Assembly (NCBI GenBank): GCA_964234715.1
Contig: OZ174279.1
Source: Podarcis melisellensis
Taxonomy: Eukaryota
Length of the DNA stretch: 64,000 nucleotides
Direction: 5' to 3' (one strand)
How positions within the stretch are numbered: position 1 is the stretch's first letter; the number at the start of each line of letters is the position of its first letter. Below the pieces are notes generated by a model, which was given only the letters and a program-made list of their open reading frames with translations, was not told where the DNA came from and searched no databases. A program made the position numbers and the translations under genes. This document shows, one piece after another, positions 27,517 to 38,198 of this stretch.

Positions 27517-28801
27517 TATTCCCTGTATGCCATTCCAGTTGTGGCCAGTGACTCCTGAAGCCACGCATTAGTGATATTGCACAGCACAGGTAATGGGCAA
27601 TACAGCCAAAAATGGATCTCTTCATATGCATGCAGGTGAATTTACACTTTATGTGTTGCCATGTTTTCCCCCAACTGGATTCCTGTTTTGCCTGTGAAAT
27701 ACAGCTATTCCCTGGGAGAGCAGGGTCAGCCTCAACATAGAGGCAAACTATGCAACTGCCTGGGGTGTCTAAATTCCAGAGCTAGCCTGCCCACAGTATG
27801 TAAATATCCAAGAGGGAGAGAGAGAGAGCGAAATGCTGCTTGCAAGAAGGATGTACAGAGATGCAGCTGAGTAGCTCATCAGCTGGGTAACATATCCTGC
27901 ATTCCAGGGGATATGATCAAGAGCCTTCTGATTGTCTTCACCTGCTGCCTAGGGCATAAATGCAGTTATGTGGCACAGATTCTAAAAATGAAAGTGTGCT
28001 ATTGTTATGCTGCTTAGCATATGAGGAGGAAGACAGGAGAAAACATTTTAATTCACACTGGATGGGGGGAGGGAACAACCCTTGGGCAAACAGCTGACCA
28101 TTCTGAGCACACCCAATCCCTGCAAGACATGCAGTTCTTCTGCTCAACCCACAGAAGGGGGCCCAACTGCACACAGGGAGAATAGCAGCAACTTGTGCAG
28201 TACACGTAGAATACAGAGGGAAGAAACACCCCTGGTGTTGGGGGGGCACCTTTAATACTGGACAATTGAACCATGAAGACGGAAAGCCCTCATTAGGGCC
28301 CATTTCTTTTCTTAATGAACAGAAGCAATGTGCCTTTAACAGGAGCATAACAGGCAGAGATGAACAGGTGATGCCTTTTTCCATCCCTGAATTTCTATGC
28401 TGGGAAGTTTCATTTGTTGATTCCTATCCATAACTGTCCTGCCATGAAAAAAGGAAAGTGACAATATTAGTCATTTTATTAATATGCCATTAGGGTGTCA
28501 ACAGGTAACAAACTCCCATAGAGTGGTAGGTGTGAGCAATACCATATCTAAGAGGTTGGCACCCAGCTAAGTCATACTCAGTGAAGACTCACTGAAATCA
28601 ATGGGCTTAATTTAGCCAATCCCATTGATTTCAGTGGGTCTAGCTGAAGCACAATCCAGAGATGGGAAGCTAGTTTGTGGTTATTCAAGAGCAAGAGGTT
28701 GCCGTTCTGCATATGCTCATCTCATTACATCTTCCCTAAAAGCTGAGCTTTTTATATTGGGAGGAGGGGGAAACGTTGTTCCAGGGCCAAGTCCTGTAGT
28801 A

Positions 28802-29115
28802 CATAGAACCATAACAGCTAGTTCGAGCCCCTGCAATGCAGAAATCTCAACTAGATCATACATCTAGTATGGCCATCCTCTCTCTGCTTAAAAGCCTCCA
28901 AGGAAGGAGAGTCCACCACCTCTCCTGGGCGTCTGTTCCACCGCCGAACAGTTCTCACTGTCAGAAAGTTCTTCCTTATCTTTAGTTGGAATCTCTTGTA
29001 ACTTGAAGTCGTTTGTTCGGGTCCTGCTCTCCAGAGCTGCAGAAAAAACAACCTTGCTCCATCCTCCACGCGACAGCCTTTGAGATATTTGAAGAGGACC
29101 ATCCTATCTCCTCTC
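28802..29115 (-). mobile_element. CR1 LINE 3' fragment abutting the NANOS1 promoter
   Basis: VLFKYLKGCRVEDGARLF...RKNFLTVRTVRRWNRRPGEVVDSPSLEAFKQR. Confidence 0.85.
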
Positions 29116-29129
29116 TACAGTGCTGAACA

Positions 29130-30430
29130 TCAGCGAGAGAGACAGAGGGTCCGAGCGATTCCTGCTTTTGCTAGCCTGGCGACGTACCCGGACCTCTTAT
29201 CTGCTCCGGATCAAAAGCCTTAGGAAGCCGTCTACGCCCAGCTGCAAGAGATGAAAGGGTGCTCAGAGGAATCAGCCAATGACAGGAGGCGGGGCGGCGG
29301 GGCTGCTTTGGCGGCTGTCCAATTAGAGAGCAGCCCCGGGGCTGCGCCTCCTCCTCCTCCTCGGTCCGTCCCTCCCTCGCGAATGTATCTATTTCAGCCG
29401 CGCGAGCGCTAAAAGGCTCGCCGAGGAGGAGGGAGGCGTTTGCCCGGCTGCTGTTTCGGCGAGCGGGCGGCTTCTTGGCGCCGCGAGTGCCGTCAGTCCC
29501 CTTGGAAGAGAGCAAGCGCGGAGCCGTCTCGGGTCCCATGGAGGCTTTCCACCCCGCCAAGCTGGACCACCACCACCACCACCCGCCCGTGGAGTTTTTG
29601 CCCGGGGGCGCCCGCTACGGCGCCAAGAGCCACGGCGCCTACGGGAACGCCTTCAACTCGTGGAACGACTACCTGGGTCTGGCCACGCTGGTCACCAAGG
29701 CCGTGAGCCAGCAGGAGAAGGGCTTCCGCGGGGGGGCCTCGTCGGTGGTGGTGGCGGCCACCGTGCAGCAGGTCGAGGAGGACGACGAAGAGGACGACGA
29801 CGAGGAGGAGGAGGAGGAGGAAGACGACGAGGAGGAAGGCGGCGGCGGCGGCGCGCCTTATTTCGAGAGCGCCCTGGATTTGCGCGACTTCGACTTGTGC
29901 AGCCACCACCACCACCTGAGTCCCGGCGAGAGCCTGCTGGAGGAGCGCTTCGCCGACTTCAGCCCCTTCTCGGGCCGAGCCAGCCCGGCCTCGTCGGTCG
30001 TCTTCAGCTGCTCTTCCGACCCGCTGGAGAAGGATCGCTCGGCGGTGCACGCCTGGCCCGGCGGCAGCGGCGGCCGCCTGGTGGTGGACGGCCGGCTGCA
30101 CCCGGCGGCGGCGCCCAAGACGGGCTCGCGGCTGCTGAAGCCCGAGCTGCAAGTGTGCGTCTTCTGCCGGAATAACAAGGAAGCCGTGGCGCTCTACACC
30201 ACGCACATCCTCAAGGGCCCCGACGGCCGGGTCTTGTGCCCGGTGCTGCGCAGATACACGTGCCCGCTGTGCGGGGCGAGCGGGGACAACGCGCACACCA
30301 TCAAGTACTGCCCCTTGTCCAAAATGCACGGCGGCGGCGGCAGCGCCCCCAAACAGCCGCTCAAAAGCGCCCGCCACATCCTGGGCAAGAAGCTCCGCTA
30401 AGGGGCGCTGCCCGCGCGGGTCCAAACATA
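29130..30430 (+). promoter_or_regulatory. NANOS1 CpG island and promoter
   Basis: CpG/GC-rich block. CCAAT at 29276 and 29319, GC box GGGGCGG at 29291, all upstream of the ATG. Confidence 0.8.
29538..30401 (+). CDS. NANOS1: Nanos homolog 1, single-exon CDS, 287 aa
   Basis: ATG in cccATGG context at 29538, TAA at 30399-30401. Contains the NOT-interacting motif FNSWNDYLGLATLV and the Nanos double CCHC finger CVFCRNNKE...HILK...CPVLRRYTCPLCGASGDNAHTIKYCP. Adjacent to EIF3A as in other amniotes. Confidence 0.97.
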   Translation: MEAFHPAKLDHHHHHPPVEFLPGGARYGAKSHGAYGNAFNSWNDYLGLATLVTKAVSQQEKGFRGGASSVVVAATVQQVEEDDEEDDDEEEEEEEDDEEEGGGGGAPYFESALDLRDFDLCSHHHHLSPGESLLEERFADFSPFSGRASPASSVVFSCSSDPLEKDRSAVHAWPGGSGGRLVVDGRLHPAAAPKTGSRLLKPELQVCVFCRNNKEAVALYTTHILKGPDGRVLCPVLRRYTCPLCGASGDNAHTIKYCPLSKMHGGGGSAPKQPLKSARHILGKKLR

Positions 30431-32166
30431 AACAACCCATCTTCTTTTTTTCCTTGCGCGTGTGTGCCCTCTACAGGACAAAGGCGTTTCTTCGGATTTT
30501 TTTTTAAAAAATAATGTTCTTTAATCGAATGATGTCCCCCTTCTTAATATATTTAAACACGGAGACGGTAGAATGTACAGAGAAATGTTCTTGATCTATG
30601 TATCAGATAATCGAAGTATAGGTTCTAGTTTGTATACTTAGTAGCCGGGGACGCCGGCCTATGAATTAACTCTTAAGAATTATAACATGCCGTTTAGAGG
30701 TACTGTATTTGTTTATTGTAAGAATATATCTAATTTTTAAATGGAATTAAGGATATCATTTATAAGTGTGCTCCCAACTGATGTAGCTATCTTTAATATT
30801 ATTTCTTGGCTGGGAAGGGAGCACTCTTTTTTTTTAATTAAAAAAACACACACTCTTAACAGCTTCAGAGGAGCTAACCAGCATATGAACTATGGTGACA
30901 TTAACCCCAGTGAAGGTTATTGGGGTTTTCTAGGTGTGCATTTAAACTGGTGGTCCCCACCTTGGTGAAGAAGTGGGGCTGAAATGGTACTGATGAATTC
31001 TTTGTATTGGACTGGCAAATTTGTTCCTATTGATGTCTTCACTGTTTTACAAGCAATACTTGGTTGTAGAAGTTGGAGCCAGGGGTTACAGGCTATGTAT
31101 GTCTGAGAGATTTCTTGTGGTCTAGAACCACTTTGCGTTGAACTTTATCCCCCCTTGAGTCAAACTTCATATTTTCAGTGCATGTTCTTTGTTTGCCATT
31201 CCAAAATTGAATGCTTAATCCACTTCGGCCCCTTTTTTGTTTCTTTAAATGCCGTTTATTTCCCTGTAGCCCAGCTAGGGTGACTTGGTTGATCTTTATG
31301 AAGTGTGGAAGTAAAGGTGTCTGAGAGACTGGATTTCACAGCCTGTTCTTTCCTCTTGACTCTTCTCCCTTCCACCCACTAGGCTAACTTGAGCCTCCCA
31401 AATTCAAACCAATGATGCTGGGACACAACACTGAGCAGAAAGGGTAGATGATGTGCTTTAATTTTACCATAGAGCCCTATAAAAGCAAGCAACCATTCTA
31501 ATCCACTTCAGCTGGCTTTCAGGTGAGGAGGCTTCCCCTTATTAAGGTCATTTAGCAAAAATAAGATAGTCAACAGCAACAGTCATGACACTTTCTACCC
31601 AAAACTAAAAAAAAAGATTGCAATTAATAAATTGGGAGGTGAGAAAATGAAGGGTGGTTATTGTTCATGCATAAATACTAAACATTTAAAGACACGCTTC
31701 CTAGAAAGTTGCATAGACTTTCAAGCACATAAAGCAAGCTTGTAATAAACCAAACAAGACTGGGGAAAGAATTGTAATGGTAAGGAATTGGTGTGACTCA
31801 TGGTCTCTCACTTACCAGTCATCCCTGAAAGGTAAAATGATCCAAATATAATTTGGCGGGAGTAGGCCTGACTCTGGTTTCCCGATACTTGCAAATAAGA
31901 GCAACCAAGTTTTTGTTTTAAAACTAATTAAAACTAATGTCTAAGACTTTCCTGTTAATATTACAAAGGGGTAAAAAAAACCAACCCTGCAGCTTTTAAG
32001 TATTTAGTTAATACTTGCAGGTCCTTCACGGGCCTCCTAGTGGGTCTGTTTCATATTATTTTAGTTCTCCCAATGTTTACAATGTTGTACAGCATCATGT
32101 CTAAACAGCATGTGTATTTTATTTTAAGAAACCAATGTGCTGCTATTCAGATGAATATAGCAGTTC

Positions 32167-32172
32167 AATAAA
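32167..32172 (+). terminator. Candidate NANOS1 polyadenylation signal (alternatives at 31626 and 31744)
   Basis: AATAAA ending an AU-rich, repeat-free 3'UTR-like stretch. The site actually used cannot be determined from sequence. Confidence 0.4.
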
Positions 32173-35100
32173 TCCTCAATAGGTTGCTATAAACCCGTCA
32201 AAGTTTAAAATTGGCATGAAAACCAGCAAGACTATTCCATTGCTGCCTAGCAGCAAAACATGATGGTACCTTTAAACCACCTATCCAGTACTCTGCCAGC
32301 AATGATGGAGTGTGAGTGGAAGAATTGTCTGCATTTCTCTATTTCTGGGTTTCTTTCTTTTTAAATGCCTTTCTTTATTATTCCAGAGAGATTTATTTAG
32401 ACGCATGCAGAAACATGTCAGTTCCCCCTCCTGCTGGCTTGAGGGCATGAGACATGCAGAGCTTCTAATCTCAGCTGCTTCCTGGCACGCCCCCTTCCTC
32501 ATGCTTTTTACATCTGTTGGGCTGGAAGAGCCATCCCTGTTGGATATCCCAGTGTCAAATCTCCCTCTCCCAAATTGGCATTCAGTCTCCAAAGTGTGTG
32601 GGAGGGAGGGGTAGATGCAATCTGTACTATGATCCCTGAAACCCTCTCCCAGAGAGTGTCAGACAGCAGCCTAAAACAGCAACATCTGAGAGACAGCATT
32701 TGCAGTGGGGCATAGCTACAAATCTCATTTGGAATGTCCAAAGACACTCTGAAAAGTTCTTAAAATTTCTGCAGGAAGTGGCCCCGTGTATGGGTTGTTT
32801 TTCCTGACAAGGCCCTGGCTGCAACAGGTGGAGCTGAATCTAGGCACTGCATAAAATGGGATTGAAAGCAGAGCCTCGTTTGAAGATTTGGAGTGGCAGG
32901 GGAAACCCCACAAGATGATACAGTCCCAGAGATAATTAGGTCCTAGGCTGTTTGCCCTGATTGAATGTGTCTGGAAGCCACGGTGTGCAGAGCCTTCCAA
33001 AACACATTTTCTGACAAAATGGACAGCAACCTAGTTCTTGGTGTATAGATGAATGCCTTTGTGAGCTTAAAATTCTGTGCACACTCAAGCAACATTCAAA
33101 GTATACTTGCATGTTTTCTTAAAAGTTCACAGAGTCTGATGAGGATTCTAAAATGTATTGTAGGCCCGCCTTTAAATTGAACAAACTCAATATGTTCTGT
33201 TTTGCAGTGTGGAATGTTTTGTTTTGTTTTTAAATGGAGAGGTAACAACTAAACATGGGTTTATTCCCTTGAAGAGAAAATGCTAGGCTCTTGAGAAGAT
33301 TGGGAGAGGGGGACTGCAGATGGGTGAATCTCTGGAAATTGCAAGGCTTTGCCCATTTCCACTAGCAGAAGCCACTGGTAGATCAGAATCCTATGTCAGC
33401 ACCACTGCATCCAATGCAAATTCATTAACTTTCATTTTGTTAAGCTGCTTTCTTGCCTTTTCCCACTTCCCATATTATTTTACTCGATGTAAGGTTCCAT
33501 TCACCTTTCAGATCTTAGGGAATGAGTTGCTGTTTTTAAAAGGACTTTCCTACTTTATGCAAATAAGAAATCCCAGACGCTGTTTTGAAAATACACTTGT
33601 TGCAGGCATGTGGTTGAGAGTATTTGCACCTGTAAAATAATAGGCACACTAGCATGGGATTAGAATCTAAGGGAAAAGGTCCTTAAAAAAAAAAAAAATT
33701 AGCATGGTCCTAAGTTGCGTTTACAGGAAAATAAGCCCCTTTAAATTCAAGAGGGCTTACTGTTATGTAGTGATGCATAGAATTGTAGCTTTAGTAAAAG
33801 TGACACGGAGCTCTCGGCCTGCTGACCTGTGGAGGTCAAATACATTTGCCAGGGCTTGGGAAGCTGTTGCCCTCGGATGTTGCTAGACTCCATTGGGTCC
33901 AGCCAGCAGAGCCAATGATGGTGGAAGTTATAGTCAAGAGCTGGAGGGCTGGTTTTCTAGCCATGCATTAAACAAACCAACTTACATTCTGGAGAATTGG
34001 CATATTAAGACACATTTTGTGGGGCAAGAAGAGACCAAGAAGACAGGGACTGAAGGATGTGGCTAGTAGAACTTGCAAGCTGTGTTCTAGTTTGAAGAAA
34101 TTCCTGATAATTGTATACTGAGCAGGGGAAATGCCACCTAGAAATTTGCTTTAAGCAAACTTATTGCTGTTGCTTTGAGTTGACTCTTAACTATCATTCT
34201 GACTCATATGCAAATACCTAAAATATCTATTGTCAGTAAGAGTTGAATGTGCGGTGTACCATCAGAATAATTTTATTCTGAAGAAAACAAAGTGGTTGCT
34301 ACCAACACACCTAGTGGGAAGGTCCACAGGTCTTAAAAGGTTTTTTCCTATAGCTACTGTGCTCAGACTATGAGGTCAAGTGGCTATTGGATGGTTGTGT
34401 TACATTCAGCTCGTACTTCTGAGAACATGTTTCTCCCTCTTGCATTCCTTCTGGTTTCTGTGCCTTCTTTGGGGTTTTGTCACTTCGCACTGAAACGTTG
34501 GAACTGTGCATGAGATGGATATTTGACCAATCTTTAGGATAGGAGCAAAACACCAGAGTTCTCACTTGCAAGATTAAGATGCTTAAGGAACCATGCCGGC
34601 TGTACTACTACTGTGTTTATCTCAACAAAAGCTATTAATCAGCTACTAGACCCTTTCTGTGGTGAGTGTATTAAAAGGTTCTAGAGAGAAATAACCAATA
34701 TCTTGTAGGTTATGCACTTCATGGGCCAAATCCAACACTGCTGCTTTGCTAATGCAGTCAATTCTGTGTGCAATTGAGTGTCACTTCTTTTCCAGCCCCG
34801 TGTGCCCTCAAAACTAGCTCTGGACAGTTGGGGATGCTCCAGAGCAGATAGGGGAGAAGCACAGGAAAGAAGAAACTCAAGTCCCATTGCACCAGCAGAA
34901 CTGTGTACATGGAGTACTGGATAAAACCCTGAAACTATTTCAGTGTCTAAATAAATGGCAGTATTAAGGACTACGCCTCAAGCTACCGTTTTCATTCCTA
35001 AGAATTTCACCTGTTCTCACTCTGTGTGTATAATTGTATGCTTTAAACTACATTAAATGTGCATCAGGTCTGTGTACCTTCAAACAAGGTAAAGCCAGTG

Positions 35101-36960
35101 GTTCAGGACAGATGCACGTGAGCAGATCAGGAAGTCCCCAACTTTTTTAGTAGCTTCATTGTCCTTGTTCCCTCTCCCCTTCATAAAATAATTAAATGCA
35201 TGACTTTTTTCTCATTTCTGAGTAGCAAAACCAAGCTGGATTGGGGAAGGTGCTACTTCATTTTGACAGATAGGTCTAGCATTTAATCAAGTGAATTATT
35301 TTTGCAGTGCACTCCAGTCTATTTTCTGAGTGTGAAAGCAGAGCAGAACCAGCAAACTAGAGAAACTGTGTGGCCTGCTTTTTTATCAAGTGTCCTTTTT
35401 CCTAAAAATTAAAAATAAGCTTTTTTTCTTCATGGAGAAGGGGGGGAGCAAGAAAAAAAATATGCTTTTTGGTTTGTTTTTATATTGCAATTTTATATTG
35501 TGGACCACCCTTAGATCTAATAAAGTAAATAGAGCAAAGATAATATCATCTCATGCAATAGCCCCTGGAATGATTTGCCTGAGCTTTGGGAGGTTTGTTT
35601 AGGTAGTTTCTTACCAAAGGTGAAAAGGAATAGTGTTTTAGCCATTTTCAGTTTCCCACTTAGTCAATAGGGATGAAACAGAGCTTCAGATTTAACTGAT
35701 CAGATGCAGATCTGAATGATGAATTGGAAGGCACAAATGGAACAAGCTACAAGGCAGATCTTCTCCTTGCAAGCCCCTAGTTGAAACAAGTGTCTGCATC
35801 TTGAATTGCCCGTATTTCCCTTTGCTCCCACACCTTCAAATAAACTATGGGAGAAGAATTCTATTTTAGGAATGCAGAAAATGAGAAACTGACTAGAAAA
35901 ATAAGGGAAAGGAGTTTTCCGGTGTCTTCTGTTTAACTACACCATGTCTAAACTTGTTTAGCAATCTAAAAACAAGGGAACTGAAAAATACATGGGCAAA
36001 GGAACTGCTTGACTTGTTCGGGCCCACAGAACCACAACCCTTTTCCAGAAGGCCCTACTGCTGTTGTTCAATCAATCTACAGCTGGGAACTTTTTGCCTC
36101 CTGTCTGATCATTAAAAGCTCGTTGTTCTGCCTGTTCCTCTTCCTAATTGTGTGAGAAGTGTGAAGAACATAACATGTAGGGATCTGGCTGAAAGTGGAG
36201 GTGGCCAGCAGGAGAAGGCAACAGGAAGAGAGAGCAGACTGAGAAAACATGGAGGGGACTAGCAGAAAATGGCAAAAATGGTTTGAAACTCTTTGTAGTC
36301 ACTCAGAAATTTAACCACAATCTGTACAGGGAGAGAAGGAATTAAAAATCAAGTAAAAAAGCCAAAGAGAATTGAACTTCTTTATTCTCTTTGTTGAGGT
36401 GGAGGGGAGGTTGAGTAAGGCTACAGGGTTTGAGCTATTTTGTAAAAGAAATAGCTCACTAGGGAGCCAGGATGGGTTATGGACAAGTGTGTGAATGGTA
36501 TATTCATAAGTCTGCATGTGGCTTAAGTCTTGCCCATCACTGCCATACAGTCCTAGGAAGGAAATGTAGTCTTTGGGCTAAAGAATGCTTCCCCACCTCT
36601 GGCTTAATCCAATTCCAAACTCCTTTCTCAAAACACATCATGCAGGTGATTCAACTTTTCTTCTACAAAACAAGTGAACTTATCATTTTAAAACATGATT
36701 GAAATCAAGGCATGGAAATTGCCTACATTTTATACTTGAGCATTTTTGGGGAGAGATTCACTCAAGTATTAAAATAGTGATCTGATCCTTTGGATGGAGC
36801 CCCAAGGTTTGATATGATGCTTTTACATCTCAGCTTCTGCAAGTCATGTGTGTTGAATCGTTTCACCAGTATGGTGAAAGGACCTTGACTCTAGGCAGAC
36901 TGAGTGCACAAGCTGCAACGATTAAGAAGCCACACCAAAAAAGCACCTTATTTTGTTAAG

Positions 36961-36966
36961 TTTATT
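36961..36966 (-). terminator. Candidate distal EIF3A polyA signal (proximal alternative 37439-37444)
   Basis: AATAAA on the minus strand about 1.0 kb (and 0.53 kb) after the stop codon. Confidence 0.5.
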
Positions 36967-37968
36967 TATCACTGAAGTTAACACATAGTAGCAAGTTCTG
37001 TGTTGGCTTCAATTAAAAACAATCATAAACATTACTACTTTGCCCTCAAAATTGAAGTCAACCCAGCCCAGACTACAAAGCACTTGGTTTAAGGTAAAGC
37101 ACTTACCCAGAAGACAAGAAATTGGGAAGGAAGGAAGGAAGGGAAGAGTGAGCAGTTCCTCCAGACCACATACTTGAAATAGGATACTATATATAAATGC
37201 TTCAAAAGGCATGAATTATCCATGAACAGAAAAAGCAAAGTCTATATGCCAAGGGTCAGAAACTTCAGCAGTATGATTGTTCTCAAACGCTTTCATTTTA
37301 AAAGCCTTATTTGTTGTTTTGAAACTGCTGTGCTGGCATTCATTGTGAGAACAAAGACTGCAAAATGGCTTGATAAGTATATGCATTCAAGAAAAATCTA
37401 CCCAAAAAAACCCCAGTGTGGCTAAAAGGTCCATAACATTTATTGTATGCAACTCAAAACATACTGACTTTGTATAATACCATCAGAAAAAAACACCTCT
37501 TGCCATCAAAATACCCAAATAGAAAGTGTTTGCTTATATCTATTTTAGGCAGTAGTCTTACAAAGCCATCACTTCATGTAACTAGAAATGTTGTTTTAAA
37601 TGTACACTTTGCAGACCATACCGATTTTCCAGGTGAAGAGCTACTTAAAATAAAAATTGATTTCTTTTTGATTGAGATATACATGCCACTCAAAGATACC
37701 TACTGGGTTCATATTTTTATTTCTTACCACCAAGTGATCTGTGACATATACAACATTTGAAATTTCAGGTAACCAGTATTCAATTTCTGACTTTTAGTTG
37801 CAAGTTCTGTGCATGATCAGTTTTCACACGTGTAAGAGTTTCATGCTTTCACATTACCTAGAAAATTTTGTTAAAGAATTCCAATTCAGAGTGTTAAAGC
37901 ACCAATATTATAATTTGTTACCAATCAATGCTAAACACCAACATAAAAACCATGTTTAGGTTTTGAAC

Positions 37969-38198
37969 TTAACGTCGCACAGTGGTCCACCCATCTTCAT
38001 CAGCTTCAAGTTTAGTGCGGCGAAGGGAGTCCCGGTCTTTTTCTGTTCTCCAGGCCCCCTTCTCTTTCTCACCATCTTTTTCTCGTTCTTTTGACACAGA
38101 GGGAGCTGGAGCAGCAGGAGCAGCAGCAGGTGGTCTCCGAACAATTTCCCGTTCTTCATGCTCCTCCTTTTTGTCATCGCCACGTCTCCATGAGCTCA
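37969..38198 (-). CDS. EIF3A: EIF3A exon 22 (coding part, 230 nt)
   Basis: [12 protein letters not shown]...[12 protein letters not shown] then TAA. Confidence 0.93.

Noticed and set aside
1-29000. Many 60-150 aa ORFs in the upstream desert
   Set aside because: They lie in SINE/LINE/MITE sequence or have random composition, with no splice-consistent exon chain or known protein similarity.
29475-29537. In-frame TTG-initiated 21-aa N-terminal extension of NANOS1
   Set aside because: ORF-finder alternative start. The ATG at 29538 gives the typical MEAF start, and nothing supports non-AUG initiation.
29493-30440. 315-aa antisense ORF and alternative-frame ORFs over NANOS1
   Set aside because: Expected from the extreme GC and codon bias of the NANOS1 CDS; no recognisable domain.
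30402-32200. Pumilio response elements for NANOS1 autoregulation
   Set aside because: Many UGUA cores, but I found no perfect UGUAHAUA.
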